Of a stretch of DNA of 64,000 bases, positions 10,576 to 20,253 are shown piece by piece. Position 1 is the first letter of the stretch, and each line of letters starts with the position of its first letter. The stretch is taken from the NCBI GenBank assembly GCA_965263355.1, contig CBDHHL010000056.1, positions 1,536,001-1,600,000 of the forward strand, in the 5' to 3' direction. Both the position numbers and the translations under genes were made by a program. This DNA comes from Leptolyngbyaceae cyanobacterium (GTDB lineage Bacteria > Cyanobacteriota > Cyanobacteriia > Phormidesmidales > Phormidesmidaceae). Under the pieces are notes generated by a model. It was not told where the DNA came from, made no database searches, and was given only the letters and a program-made list of their open reading frames with translations.

Positions 10576-11119
10576 AATTGCGTCCTCCAGAAGTGTCTTT
10601 GAACCGATGACCCTACTCTCGCCAGTCACCTTAAAACCTGAATGAAGGGGCAATTAGAACGATTTCATGAAAACTAATTTAGAAAACTATTTATACAGGG
10701 GTAAACTGTTTGAAACGATTACTGTGCAAAGTAAAGAGGGTTTGGGCATCCTGCTCACAAGAATGAGAACAGTTTAATTCGAAAACCTTTTCAAGGTTGA
10801 AAGTCCTATACAAAAGGGCTTTTACATCAGACCAAATTATTTAGAAAGTTTATCTAAATCGTTCTGAGGTTCATATAACCATCTAAAAAATGAGAAAAAA
10901 TTCATTTAGCCTTATCTTAGCTGCAACAGCTACTCCCCAAAAAATAGACAATTTTTGAAATGTCACATACCTGATATTTTCTTGGATTCAAACAACTTTT
11001 ATTATTTAAATGAGTCTCGATACCCTTTGTGATAAAGTTAAATATTTCCTGGAAATTGGACTAAGGACTATTGAACAGTTTAGATTTCAGAATAAACCCT
11101 TCAGTTAAAATGCGGCATA

Positions 11120-12559
11120 ATGAGTTACCTAAGGCTATCGAGTTTATTTAAAGAAACTCGAACAAAAATATTTCTTCTCTACGTAGCCTTTATGTCAGTA
11201 GCGGTAGGTTTGACAATACCGCTGTATCGTGCTCTGTTGTTTTCTGCAATTGATCAGCGTGTCAATGAGGATCTTTCTGAAGAGGTCCAGGACTTTAGGG
11301 CCATTTATGCCAAGTGGTCAAAATCCGAGAATCTATCGATTGAGACCCTCTCAGACACATTGGATACATTTATGTCCGATATATTGCCAGAGGACGACAA
11401 CTTTATCATCGCAGTTTTAGATGGTGATGTTTATCGTTCTAATCCCATTGTTTTGCCTGAGGCCATTGATGCTGGTTCACCGCTATTTAATCAATGGATT
11501 CAAACCAAAGAGATTACTCAAAGCGAGTATACTACCAACGATAGGGCCGTAGGCACTGTCATATACAGTGTAAAACCGCTGGTAATAGATGAGACGATAC
11601 GGGGACAGATGATTATCAGCCATCTATCAGCCGGTGAACGACAGGAAGCGTTAGCAAGTTTCTATATTTTCGCTCAGATAGCCGCTGGGCTGCTTGTCAT
11701 AGCTCTGTACCTGGCCTGGGTGGCAACGGGCCGAGTATTGCAACCCGTTCAGGATTTAGCCCAAACCGCCCGCTCCATTAATGAGACCGATCTGGGGAGG
11801 CGGATTGAGATAAGTGGTACGGGACAAATGGCTGAGCTTGCCGGTACCTTCAACTCCATGATGGATCGCCTGCAAGACGCGTTTAATAGTCAGCGAAATT
11901 TTATTAATGATGCTGGCCACGAGCTACGCACCCCCATCACTGTCATTCAGGGCCACTTAGAGCTGATGGGAGATGACCCTGCTGAGCAAGCTGAAACAGT
12001 TGACTTAGTGCTAGATGAGCTGGCTCGCATGGCCCGATTGGTTAACGAGCTAATTCTGATTGTCAAATCTGAACATCCCGATTTTCTGTGTTTGGAAACC
12101 GTTGACGTGCCCAATTTTTGCACTGATTTATTTGCCAAAGCTCAAACGTTGGCTGATCGAGATTGGCACCTGCATTTAGACACCCAGGCAAAGCTGGTGG
12201 TTGACCCACACCGTCTAACTGGAGCACTGATTAATTTACTAAACAATGCCTCCCAGCATACTGAAGTGGGCGACTACATTGAGCTGGGATGTCGAAATGA
12301 GAATGGCTATGTGGCATTTTGGGTTAAAGACACTGGCGAAGGGATACCATTAGCCGAGCAATCACGAGTTTTTGAACGGTTTGCACGGGTAAAGCATAAT
12401 CAACGTAAATCAGATGGCTCAGGTTTAGGGTTGGCCATTGTCCGAGCCATTGTCGAAGCCCATGGCGGTAAACTTGAATTGTCTAGTCAGCCTGGGGTCG
12501 GATCGATATTTACCATACAGCTACCGGTAGACCAGCCGGTAGGCTTACCAAACAGCTAG
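11120..12559 (+). CDS. Membrane sensor histidine kinase (HAMP, HisKA, HATPase)
   Basis: Two TM segments, HAMP region, H-box DAGHELRTPI, N-box NLLNNA, G boxes DTGEGI and GSGLGLAIV. Confidence 0.95.
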   Translation: MSYLRLSSLFKETRTKIFLLYVAFMSVAVGLTIPLYRALLFSAIDQRVNEDLSEEVQDFRAIYAKWSKSENLSIETLSDTLDTFMSDILPEDDNFIIAVLDGDVYRSNPIVLPEAIDAGSPLFNQWIQTKEITQSEYTTNDRAVGTVIYSVKPLVIDETIRGQMIISHLSAGERQEALASFYIFAQIAAGLLVIALYLAWVATGRVLQPVQDLAQTARSINETDLGRRIEISGTGQMAELAGTFNSMMDRLQDAFNSQRNFINDAGHELRTPITVIQGHLELMGDDPAEQAETVDLVLDELARMARLVNELILIVKSEHPDFLCLETVDVPNFCTDLFAKAQTLADRDWHLHLDTQAKLVVDPHRLTGALINLLNNASQHTEVGDYIELGCRNENGYVAFWVKDTGEGIPLAEQSRVFERFARVKHNQRKSDGSGLGLAIVRAIVEAHGGKLELSSQPGVGSIFTIQLPVDQPVGLPNS

Positions 12560-12570
12560 GAGCATTGTCA

Positions 12571-13270
12571 ATGCAACGAATTTTGATTGTGGAAGATGAA
12601 CCACGGATCGCCAGCTTTATCGATAAAGGACTACAGGCAAATGGGTTTACAACGGCGATCGCAACTACAGGCTCTGATGCTGTGACCTATGCTTTGGACG
12701 GTGACTTTGGACTAATTATCCTTGATTTAGGACTGCCGGGTAAAGATGGGCTATTAGTGCTTGAAGAACTTCGGGGACAGGGTTATCACATACCAATCGT
12801 GATTTTGACTGCCCGTGGTCACCAAACCCGTGATTTTGACTGCCCGTGACGATATTAGCGACAAGCTGACTGGCTTTGAACTTGGAGCGGACGACTATGT
12901 CACCAAACCCTTCCGCTTTGAGGAACTGCTAGCACGGATAAGGGCTCGCCTGCGGACAACCCCCAGAATTACTCAGGAGAAAGACTGGATAATCAGTCAT
13001 CGGCATGTGGTATTAGACCTTCGGAGGCGTCTAGTCAAAGTAGGAGAACAGACTGTTGAACTATCTGCCCGAGAATTCACGCTGATAGAGACCTTCATGA
13101 ATCACCCAGGCCAGGTACTCAGTCGCGAACAGCTATTGGACCGTGTATGGGGCTATGATTATTCGCCAGGTTCTAACGTAGTAGATGTCTACGTGGGGTA
13201 TCTACGGAAAAAACTAGGCAGTGACCTAATCGCAACTGTCCGAGGCATGGGCTACTGTATGCCATGCTAA
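12571..13270 (+). pseudogene. OmpR-family response regulator, frameshifted by a 31-bp insertion
   Basis: The receiver N-part (ILIVEDE, LDLGLPG, IVILTAR) and the remainder ([10 protein letters not shown] and winged helix [14 protein letters not shown]) lie in different frames; a 20-bp direct repeat sits at 12798-12817 and 12829-12848. Confidence 0.9.
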
Positions 13271-13483
13271 TCTGTGGCCGCTACTGAGAATCAGTATTAG
13301 CATCTTATAAGAATTCTCTCACAAGACTCTCATCAGTGTCTTAATGTAGACTAAGAAGATTTATAAATGTAAAGGGCAGCCTGTTAGGGTTTCGATTATT
13401 CATGCATTGTGACTTCCGTTCAGCGTGCTAAGTGCGCATACGCACATCTAGCAGACTGCTTATCGCACAAAGAGCGTAGTCTG

Positions 13484-13837
13484 GTGAGCACTATTCTTAT
13501 TGCTGAAGACGAATCACGAATCGCAGCGTTTCTTACCAAAGGTCTTGAAAAAGCTGGATATTTGACATGTGTAGCCAACGACGGAAGTCAGGCTCTATCC
13601 CTAGCTTTGGCTATGCAGTTTGATTTGATCGTATTGGATATAGGTCTTCCCAGCACCGACGGTTGGGCCGTACTAAAGGAGTTGCGTAGGCGCTCCCCAC
13701 AACCTCCGATTATCATATTGACCGCTCTGGATGAGCTTGAGAATCGCCAACATAGCCTTGATCTAGGGGCTAACGAGTTCATATCCAAACCTTTTCAATT
13801 TAGTCAACTGCTTACCTGTGTCAGGCGTTATGCTTGA
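13484..13837 (+). CDS. Single-domain response regulator (receiver only)
   Basis: TILIAEDE, LDIGLP, IIILTA, FISKPF; GTG at 13484 is the likely start. Confidence 0.88.
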   Translation: MSTILIAEDESRIAAFLTKGLEKAGYLTCVANDGSQALSLALAMQFDLIVLDIGLPSTDGWAVLKELRRRSPQPPIIILTALDELENRQHSLDLGANEFISKPFQFSQLLTCVRRYA

Positions 13838-14053
13838 GGCTACTAGTACGAGACTCCAAATACAGGGCTTAGCGATTCTTTATAACGCTAGATAGGTTTA
13901 CCAATGGACATTAGAAAACAGATAAGAATCTGAGGGTAAATGCGCTGACTTTGCTGAAAGAGCTGCATAAATACTCTGTGATAGCTATCCGCAAATTAGC
14001 GCATTCCGATAAAATTTCGTCTAGGATGACGGATATTGTATTACGGCTGACCA

Positions 14054-15370
14054 ATGGTTCTGGACCTACCCCGTTTTTATCGTGCTGCCAATCCCAGCCG
14101 TCCATTGCGACTGGTACAAGCTGAGGATCGGCAATACTATATTGATTTTTCATCAGTGCGCGGGGGGGATATTGTCCGGGAGCTGGAGCGTACCATTGCA
14201 TTGCTGTCACCGGATGAAGCAACGACTCAGCTATTCACTGGCAATATTGGCTGTGGTAAGTCTACGGAACTCCTACGGTTAAAGGCCAAACTAGAACAAC
14301 AGGGCTTTCATGTGGTCTATTTTGAGTCGGACCACGACTTGGAAATGGCCGATGTGGATATCAGTGACATTTTGCTAATGATTGCCCATCAGGTGGTAGA
14401 AAGTTTAGAAAATGACGAGATTAAGCTCAAACCATCGGCCCTAGTCGGTCTGTTTCAGAATCTAGCAGAAACATTACAAACACCGATGGAAATCGCTGAT
14501 GTTAGTTTCTCGGTGGGAATTGCGAATCTGACGGCTCGGGCTAAGGAAAGTCCAGAGATGCGCAGCCGTATGCGTCAATACTTGGAGCCCCGCACGAAGA
14601 CAATTATTGATGCCATTAATGAGGAACTGTTGGAGGTTGCGATCGCAACGCTACGCGCCAAGGGTAAAAAAGGTCTCGTCGTCATTGTCGACAACCTCGA
14701 CCGCATCGACCCCGTAGCACGGGCGAATGGTCGCACCCAGTCAGAATATTTATTTATTGATCGCGGGGAACAGCTTAAACGTCTAAATTGCCATCTGGTG
14801 TATACAATACCTTTGGCCCTTGTCTTTTCCGACGATCTCCCCCGTCTGTCCAATCGATTTGGTGTTTCGCCTAAAGTGTTGCCCATGGTACCCGTGACCC
14901 AGCGGGATGGCAGTACTTCTGAGGCAGGATTAGCCCTCTTGCAACAAATGGTGCTAGCCCGTGCTTTTCCTGATAAAAACTACAATGAGCGGGTTGATCA
15001 TATCAGTGACATTTTTGAAAACATAGATGTTCTCAACCGTCTCTGTCACATCAGTGGTGGCCATATGCGTAACCTGATGCGTCTGCTTTATGGCTGTCTA
15101 CAAAAGGCTGACCCGCCGATCCCATCCAGCGTGTTGGAAGCCGTCATTCGAGACGAACGAGATTCTTCAATGGCCCTGATTGATGAAAGTGAATGGCAGC
15201 TGATGTTTAAAGCAATTGAAAACCCGGATACCCAGGGCAATGAAGCCTATATCCTACTGATACGGAGTTTTTTACTCTATGAATATCGTGACAATGGTGG
15301 CCGCTGGTTTGCCCTCAACCCGGTCTTAAAAGAAACACAGCGTTTTCAGAAGTGGCAAGCTAATAGTTGA
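14054..15370 (+). CDS. P-loop (AAA/STAND-like) ATPase
   Basis: Walker A GNIGCGKST and Walker B LVVIVDNLDR; its stop overlaps the start of the next gene (TTGA). Confidence 0.85.
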   Translation: MVLDLPRFYRAANPSRPLRLVQAEDRQYYIDFSSVRGGDIVRELERTIALLSPDEATTQLFTGNIGCGKSTELLRLKAKLEQQGFHVVYFESDHDLEMADVDISDILLMIAHQVVESLENDEIKLKPSALVGLFQNLAETLQTPMEIADVSFSVGIANLTARAKESPEMRSRMRQYLEPRTKTIIDAINEELLEVAIATLRAKGKKGLVVIVDNLDRIDPVARANGRTQSEYLFIDRGEQLKRLNCHLVYTIPLALVFSDDLPRLSNRFGVSPKVLPMVPVTQRDGSTSEAGLALLQQMVLARAFPDKNYNERVDHISDIFENIDVLNRLCHISGGHMRNLMRLLYGCLQKADPPIPSSVLEAVIRDERDSSMALIDESEWQLMFKAIENPDTQGNEAYILLIRSFLLYEYRDNGGRWFALNPVLKETQRFQKWQANS

Positions 15371-18300
15371 ATAAGGCCATGTACCAGGCTGACCTACCCG
15401 AAATTGTTGCCCATAACCAAACGGCGCTAAACAATCTTAAACGAGCGCTTACCCTTGGCAGTGGGGAATTTTCATTAATCTTGGTGCGAGCCAACTATCA
15501 ACGATTGACTCAGTTATTGCTCAAGCAGCTAGCTCAAACCCAACAGTTTCATACAGTAGAACTCTCTGCCTTGAGCCGTTCTCTGCCAAAAGCAATTCGT
15601 CAAGCATCACTGACTGCTCCTCCCGTAGCCGTTATGGTCACTGGCTTTGAGCAGGTAACTGCATTAGACGTTTTGTTTAAGGCTGCCAATGTCAGTCGCA
15701 ATACCCTACTAGCTAAATTTCCCTATCCCGTAGTATTATGGATGACCGACACCGTACTACAAGATTTCACGTATTATGCTGCCGACCTTAAAAGTTTTGC
15801 AGCGGTGCCGATTCAAGTAGACTATCCGATCTTGGCTTTAAGGGAAGCCCTACATCGTTCAGCCAGTGAGCTATTTACCCATATCTTAGACAATCATAAT
15901 GATAATTTTCTAGACTACCTTACCCCTCAGTTGCCAAGTTTAAGCCAACACCTGAAAATTTTGACTGAGCAGGAGTTACCGTTTGCGATCGCAGACCTTA
16001 ACCAACACAATATTCCACTAGACGGAGCCCTACAAGCCAGCCTACATTTTCTCCAGGGACGCGAGGCCCACCACACCCCTGCACGCTGGGAAGTCGCTAG
16101 AGAGTATTACGAAGAAAGCTTAGATTACTGGTTACAAACTGATAAAACAGTTGAAGACACCAGTGATCAGCAAGCAGTTTTACTATTGCATCTGGGGCTA
16201 TGGTGGCAAAATCGTAGCAAAATCAAGCGCTCTACGGCTATCTCCTCTAGCCGACAAGCTCGGTACTTTTACAAACGTTTTCTGACTGTTCTGCGCCAAC
16301 AAAATCGAACAGACCGCATAGCCAATTTTATTCATATTCTGGCCGAAATCTTGCGCGAGCTAAAAGATTGGGATGCGCTTACAACAGTGGCTAACGAAGG
16401 GTTGAAGTTACATCAAACTGATGTGGTACGTCTGGCCCAAGACTATAGCTACTTAGCAGAGGCTGCACTAGCTAAGGCAAGCGGAGTGGACGCCGAACGA
16501 TTGGCAACCGCATCACTAACATTATTAGCCCCAGCCGTTGAAAGTACACAAGCATTAGGGAAAACCATTTCTAACACCGTGGATAGTCCAATGCTGACCG
16601 CCCAAATCTCTCCCCAGACTGCCGTGCTCGCATTACGCTACCGCCAGGGCCGATACTATTTTCTACGGGGACAAGCTAAAACGCTACAAGGCGATGACAT
16701 TCTTTTAGAGGAAGCCATAGAAGATTTAGAAAAGGCTCTTGATAGAACAGTTAAGCATCTATCTCCTTATCTTTATCTGGAGATTTTGGATAAGCTGCAA
16801 AGCTTATATTTTGCAAAAAAGCGTTATCGAGAAGCATTTAAAGTAAAACAGAAACAGCGGCAGTTAGAAAACTCCATGGGCTTGCGGGCATTTATTGGAG
16901 CTAGCCCCTTGCAACCCTATCAACATCCTTCTGCTCAGGATACCCATGGGATTGCCCCTCTGGAAATGCTTGCCTCTGGGCGGCAGCAAGCCATTGACAA
17001 TTTGGTAGATCGATTGATACAGCCTCAACATACCCTGTTAATTCTCCACGGACAGTCGGGTGTCGGCAAAAGTTCACTGCTTAGTAGTGGCCTTATCCCT
17101 AAACTCAAACAGGCCACCTCGGAAGGTCGCACCACACTCCCCCTATTTATCAAAAATTACACCAGTTGGGAAAGCTCAATCCTCCAGGCAATGCAGGAGG
17201 TTACCGCTTCTTTTCCCTCAGCCCCTCCTAACTTTCAAGTTTCATTTTCGATTACTGGGGAAAGTTTACTCAATGAGCTACAACAACATGCGCAGAATCA
17301 CTATCAACAAATTATTCTGATCTTTGACCAATTTGAAGAGTTTTTCTTTGAGCGTCCTAACGTTGATCAGCGACGATCTCTGTATTATTTTCTACGAGAC
17401 TGTCTTAATATTCCCTACCTTAAAGTTGTTTTATCCCTAAGGGATGACCACCTGCACTACTTAATGGAATGGGAACGAATGGCCGATCTTGATTTAGATA
17501 TCTTGAGTCAAGATGTACGCTACTATCTGGGCAATTTTACTCCCAAAGAATGTGAGGCTGTCATTCAGAAGCTTATAAATAATGCAACTAATGCTAAATT
17601 CTATCCAGACCAAGCCCTGATCAAAACTCTGGTTGAAGATCTAACCCTTGAAGATGACGAAGTACGACCAATTGAACTCCAGGTGGTCGGGGCCGAGTTG
17701 CAGCGCCAAAACATAACAACGCTCAAACAATATAGACAATTGGGTGACGATCCAATTCGAGCATTATTGCGCAGGTTCTTAAACCGGGTAATAGACGATT
17801 GTGGTCACGAAAACAGACCCCTAACCCGCACAACTCTATACTTACTGAGTGATGAGAGCACAACACGTCCCCTCAAAACCCGTACTGAGCTAGAAGACTC
17901 TTTAGAGTTACTAGTTGGGTTGGTAGATCCGGAACAGCTGAGTCTTGTATTAGAAATATTGGTGGGGTCTGGTCTTCTGTTTGAGAATCGTGAAATGGGA
18001 AGCAATATGCGCTATCAGCTTGCCCATGATTATTTAGCAGACCTGGTATTGGTAGACCTGGTAAAACAACAGGATATGCCCGATCTGATGACCAAGTTAC
18101 AGTTAGAGCAACGACAGCGAAAACAAACTGAAACGCAACTACGGATCGCCCTCCAAGAACAGGCCCTGGCCCTGGCCCAAGCCACTGAAGAACGTTACCG
18201 GGCCGAAACAGCTGAAATGCAGGCGTTAGCATCCGTCTCTCAAGCATTACTACTCTCCCATGATGGCTTAGGAGCCCTGCTAGAGGCCCTTAAAGGCGCA

Positions 18301-20253
18301 CAACAAAGTCAACTCACACCGATATCAAGCTATTTAGAAAATCAGATTTTATTTCGTCTGTGGCAGGCTCTCCACACGGTACGTGAAAAAAATCGAATCC
18401 AGGCCCACCAAGACTGGGTACTCTCTGCCCGTTTTAGCCCAGATGGTGAGTATCTGGCCTCCAGCAGTGATGATGGCACTGTGCATCTATGGAATTCTCA
18501 CGGCAAACTGCTACAGACCTTTACCGGACACCAGGGCAGTGTTTTAGATGTCGCCCTTAGCCAGGACAGCCATCTGATTGGTTCTGCTGGTGATGACTTT
18601 ACAGTGCGCCTATGGAATATGTCTGGCCAATGTTTGCATATTCTGACGGGGCATACTGGCTCGGTCAACAGTGTGGCGTTTAGCCCCACCGAAAAGCTAC
18701 TTGCATCGGCCAGCAATGACCACACCATTAGACTCTGGACCCATGATGGACAATGGCTAAAAACCCTGGAAGGCCATCTAGACTGGGTCAGATCCATCGC
18801 CTTTAGCCCGGATGGTCAGCATCTGGTCTCCGCCGCAGACGACTGGACCCTCTGTCTTTGGAATATAGAGGGTGAGCGCCTGCAGGCCATGGTCAGCCAT
18901 GCAGGTTGGGTATTGCAAGCTATCTTTAGCCCTGACGGGCAACATATTGCCTCCTGTGGCGACGATCATTTGATTAAGCTTTGGAACCTCAAGGGGGAGC
19001 TACTGCAATCGTTTGAGGGCCATCAGAACTGGGTAAGAGACCTCTGTTTTAGCCCCGATGGTAAGCATTTAATGTCAGCTAGTGATGATCAGAAGATTTA
19101 TGTGTGGGATCTCAATGGCAAACTGATGGACACCCTCAGGGGCCACCGCAGTAATATTCTTAGTTTGGACATTAACCCCCAGGGGACTCGGCTGGTCTCA
19201 GCTAGTGATGACAATACCATCCGGCTCTGGCAACTAGAACCACGTAGTGTGCCACGCTTGCAAGGGCATCACGGCATTGTTTGGGATGTATGCTGGCAAC
19301 CGAATGGTTCACAATTGGTATCGGCAGGCGCTGATCAGACACTGCGAATATGGTCTGCGGAGGTTGAAACCACCTGGCTGGTTAAAACTGTGGTAGGCCA
19401 CAATAGCAGCATCTATAGCGTTGACTGGAGTCCTGATGGCCAGGTAATCGCATCGGCCAGCGCTGATCACACGGTGAAGCTATGGACAGCAGATGGCCAA
19501 CCAGTACAGACAATCCAGGGACACCACAATGCAGTCTGGTCGGTTAAGTTTAGCCCCAATGGACAATATTTTGCATCAGCGGGGAGCGATCGCAACATTC
19601 GTCTCTGGCAGCTGGATGGCACTCCCATGGGGCAGCTAAGTGGCCATGAAGGGACCGTTTGGACCGTTGCCTTTAGCCCCGACGGTAGCTATTTAGTCTC
19701 GGGTAGCGAAGATGGCACCCTGCGCCAATGGAGCTTAGCAGGCTTAGAAACCGATGCCGACACCAACACCACCTTCCATCATCAAGCTGGAGCCGTTCTA
19801 CTAGGTCACACCGGCAGTGTCTGGGCAGTCGCCGTTGCCCCCGACGGTGAGACCATCGCCTCAGCAGGCAGCGACAAAACCGTTCGACTTTGGAAACAGG
19901 GTGAATTACTCCATAATTTGCGGGGTCACCACGACTGGGTACGCAGCGTCTGTTTTGGTCTTAAAGGTGATGTTGTCGCATCTGCTAGTGATGATGGCAC
20001 CATTCGTTTTTGGCACCTCTCAGGAGGTCAGCTGTTACACACATTGACAGGACACCGAGGGATTATCTGGCAAGGCACCTTTGACAGCACGGGTGAACGG
20101 TTAGCCTCCGCTGGAGCCGATGGCAAAATACGCCTCTGGAATTTACAACTGCAAGATCTTATGCGCCAAGGCTGTCAGTGGCTAGAAGATTATCTAACCT
20201 ATGGAGATTTGAGTGAAGCGGATCAGTTAATTTGTGAGGATTGGTGTGAATAG
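15367..20253 (+). CDS. Large helical/TPR-like, nSTAND1-type NTPase and WD40-repeat protein
   Basis: LHGQSGVGKSSLL and LIFDQFEEFF, followed by about 14 WD40 repeats (GH...FSPDG...ASAS.D.T..LW). Confidence 0.9.
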   Translation: MNKAMYQADLPEIVAHNQTALNNLKRALTLGSGEFSLILVRANYQRLTQLLLKQLAQTQQFHTVELSALSRSLPKAIRQASLTAPPVAVMVTGFEQVTALDVLFKAANVSRNTLLAKFPYPVVLWMTDTVLQDFTYYAADLKSFAAVPIQVDYPILALREALHRSASELFTHILDNHNDNFLDYLTPQLPSLSQHLKILTEQELPFAIADLNQHNIPLDGALQASLHFLQGREAHHTPARWEVAREYYEESLDYWLQTDKTVEDTSDQQAVLLLHLGLWWQNRSKIKRSTAISSSRQARYFYKRFLTVLRQQNRTDRIANFIHILAEILRELKDWDALTTVANEGLKLHQTDVVRLAQDYSYLAEAALAKASGVDAERLATASLTLLAPAVESTQALGKTISNTVDSPMLTAQISPQTAVLALRYRQGRYYFLRGQAKTLQGDDILLEEAIEDLEKALDRTVKHLSPYLYLEILDKLQSLYFAKKRYREAFKVKQKQRQLENSMGLRAFIGASPLQPYQHPSAQDTHGIAPLEMLASGRQQAIDNLVDRLIQPQHTLLILHGQSGVGKSSLLSSGLIPKLKQATSEGRTTLPLFIKNYTSWESSILQAMQEVTASFPSAPPNFQVSFSITGESLLNELQQHAQNHYQQIILIFDQFEEFFFERPNVDQRRSLYYFLRDCLNIPYLKVVLSLRDDHLHYLMEWERMADLDLDILSQDVRYYLGNFTPKECEAVIQKLINNATNAKFYPDQALIKTLVEDLTLEDDEVRPIELQVVGAELQRQNITTLKQYRQLGDDPIRALLRRFLNRVIDDCGHENRPLTRTTLYLLSDESTTRPLKTRTELEDSLELLVGLVDPEQLSLVLEILVGSGLLFENREMGSNMRYQLAHDYLADLVLVDLVKQQDMPDLMTKLQLEQRQRKQTETQLRIALQEQALALAQATEERYRAETAEMQALASVSQALLLSHDGLGALLEALKGAQQSQLTPISSYLENQILFRLWQALHTVREKNRIQAHQDWVLSARFSPDGEYLASSSDDGTVHLWNSHGKLLQTFTGHQGSVLDVALSQDSHLIGSAGDDFTVRLWNMSGQCLHILTGHTGSVNSVAFSPTEKLLASASNDHTIRLWTHDGQWLKTLEGHLDWVRSIAFSPDGQHLVSAADDWTLCLWNIEGERLQAMVSHAGWVLQAIFSPDGQHIASCGDDHLIKLWNLKGELLQSFEGHQNWVRDLCFSPDGKHLMSASDDQKIYVWDLNGKLMDTLRGHRSNILSLDINPQGTRLVSASDDNTIRLWQLEPRSVPRLQGHHGIVWDVCWQPNGSQLVSAGADQTLRIWSAEVETTWLVKTVVGHNSSIYSVDWSPDGQVIASASADHTVKLWTADGQPVQTIQGHHNAVWSVKFSPNGQYFASAGSDRNIRLWQLDGTPMGQLSGHEGTVWTVAFSPDGSYLVSGSEDGTLRQWSLAGLETDADTNTTFHHQAGAVLLGHTGSVWAVAVAPDGETIASAGSDKTVRLWKQGELLHNLRGHHDWVRSVCFGLKGDVVASASDDGTIRFWHLSGGQLLHTLTGHRGIIWQGTFDSTGERLASAGADGKIRLWNLQLQDLMRQGCQWLEDYLTYGDLSEADQLICEDWCE

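Noticed and set aside
12815..13270. Programmed frameshift or two separate regulator genes
   Set aside because: The break is fully explained by the 31-bp insertion, and no slippery sequence is evident.
18400..20150. Recurring TTTAGCCC(C/G/T)GA sequences as a DNA repeat array
   Set aside because: Explained by the FSPDG motif of the WD40 repeats.
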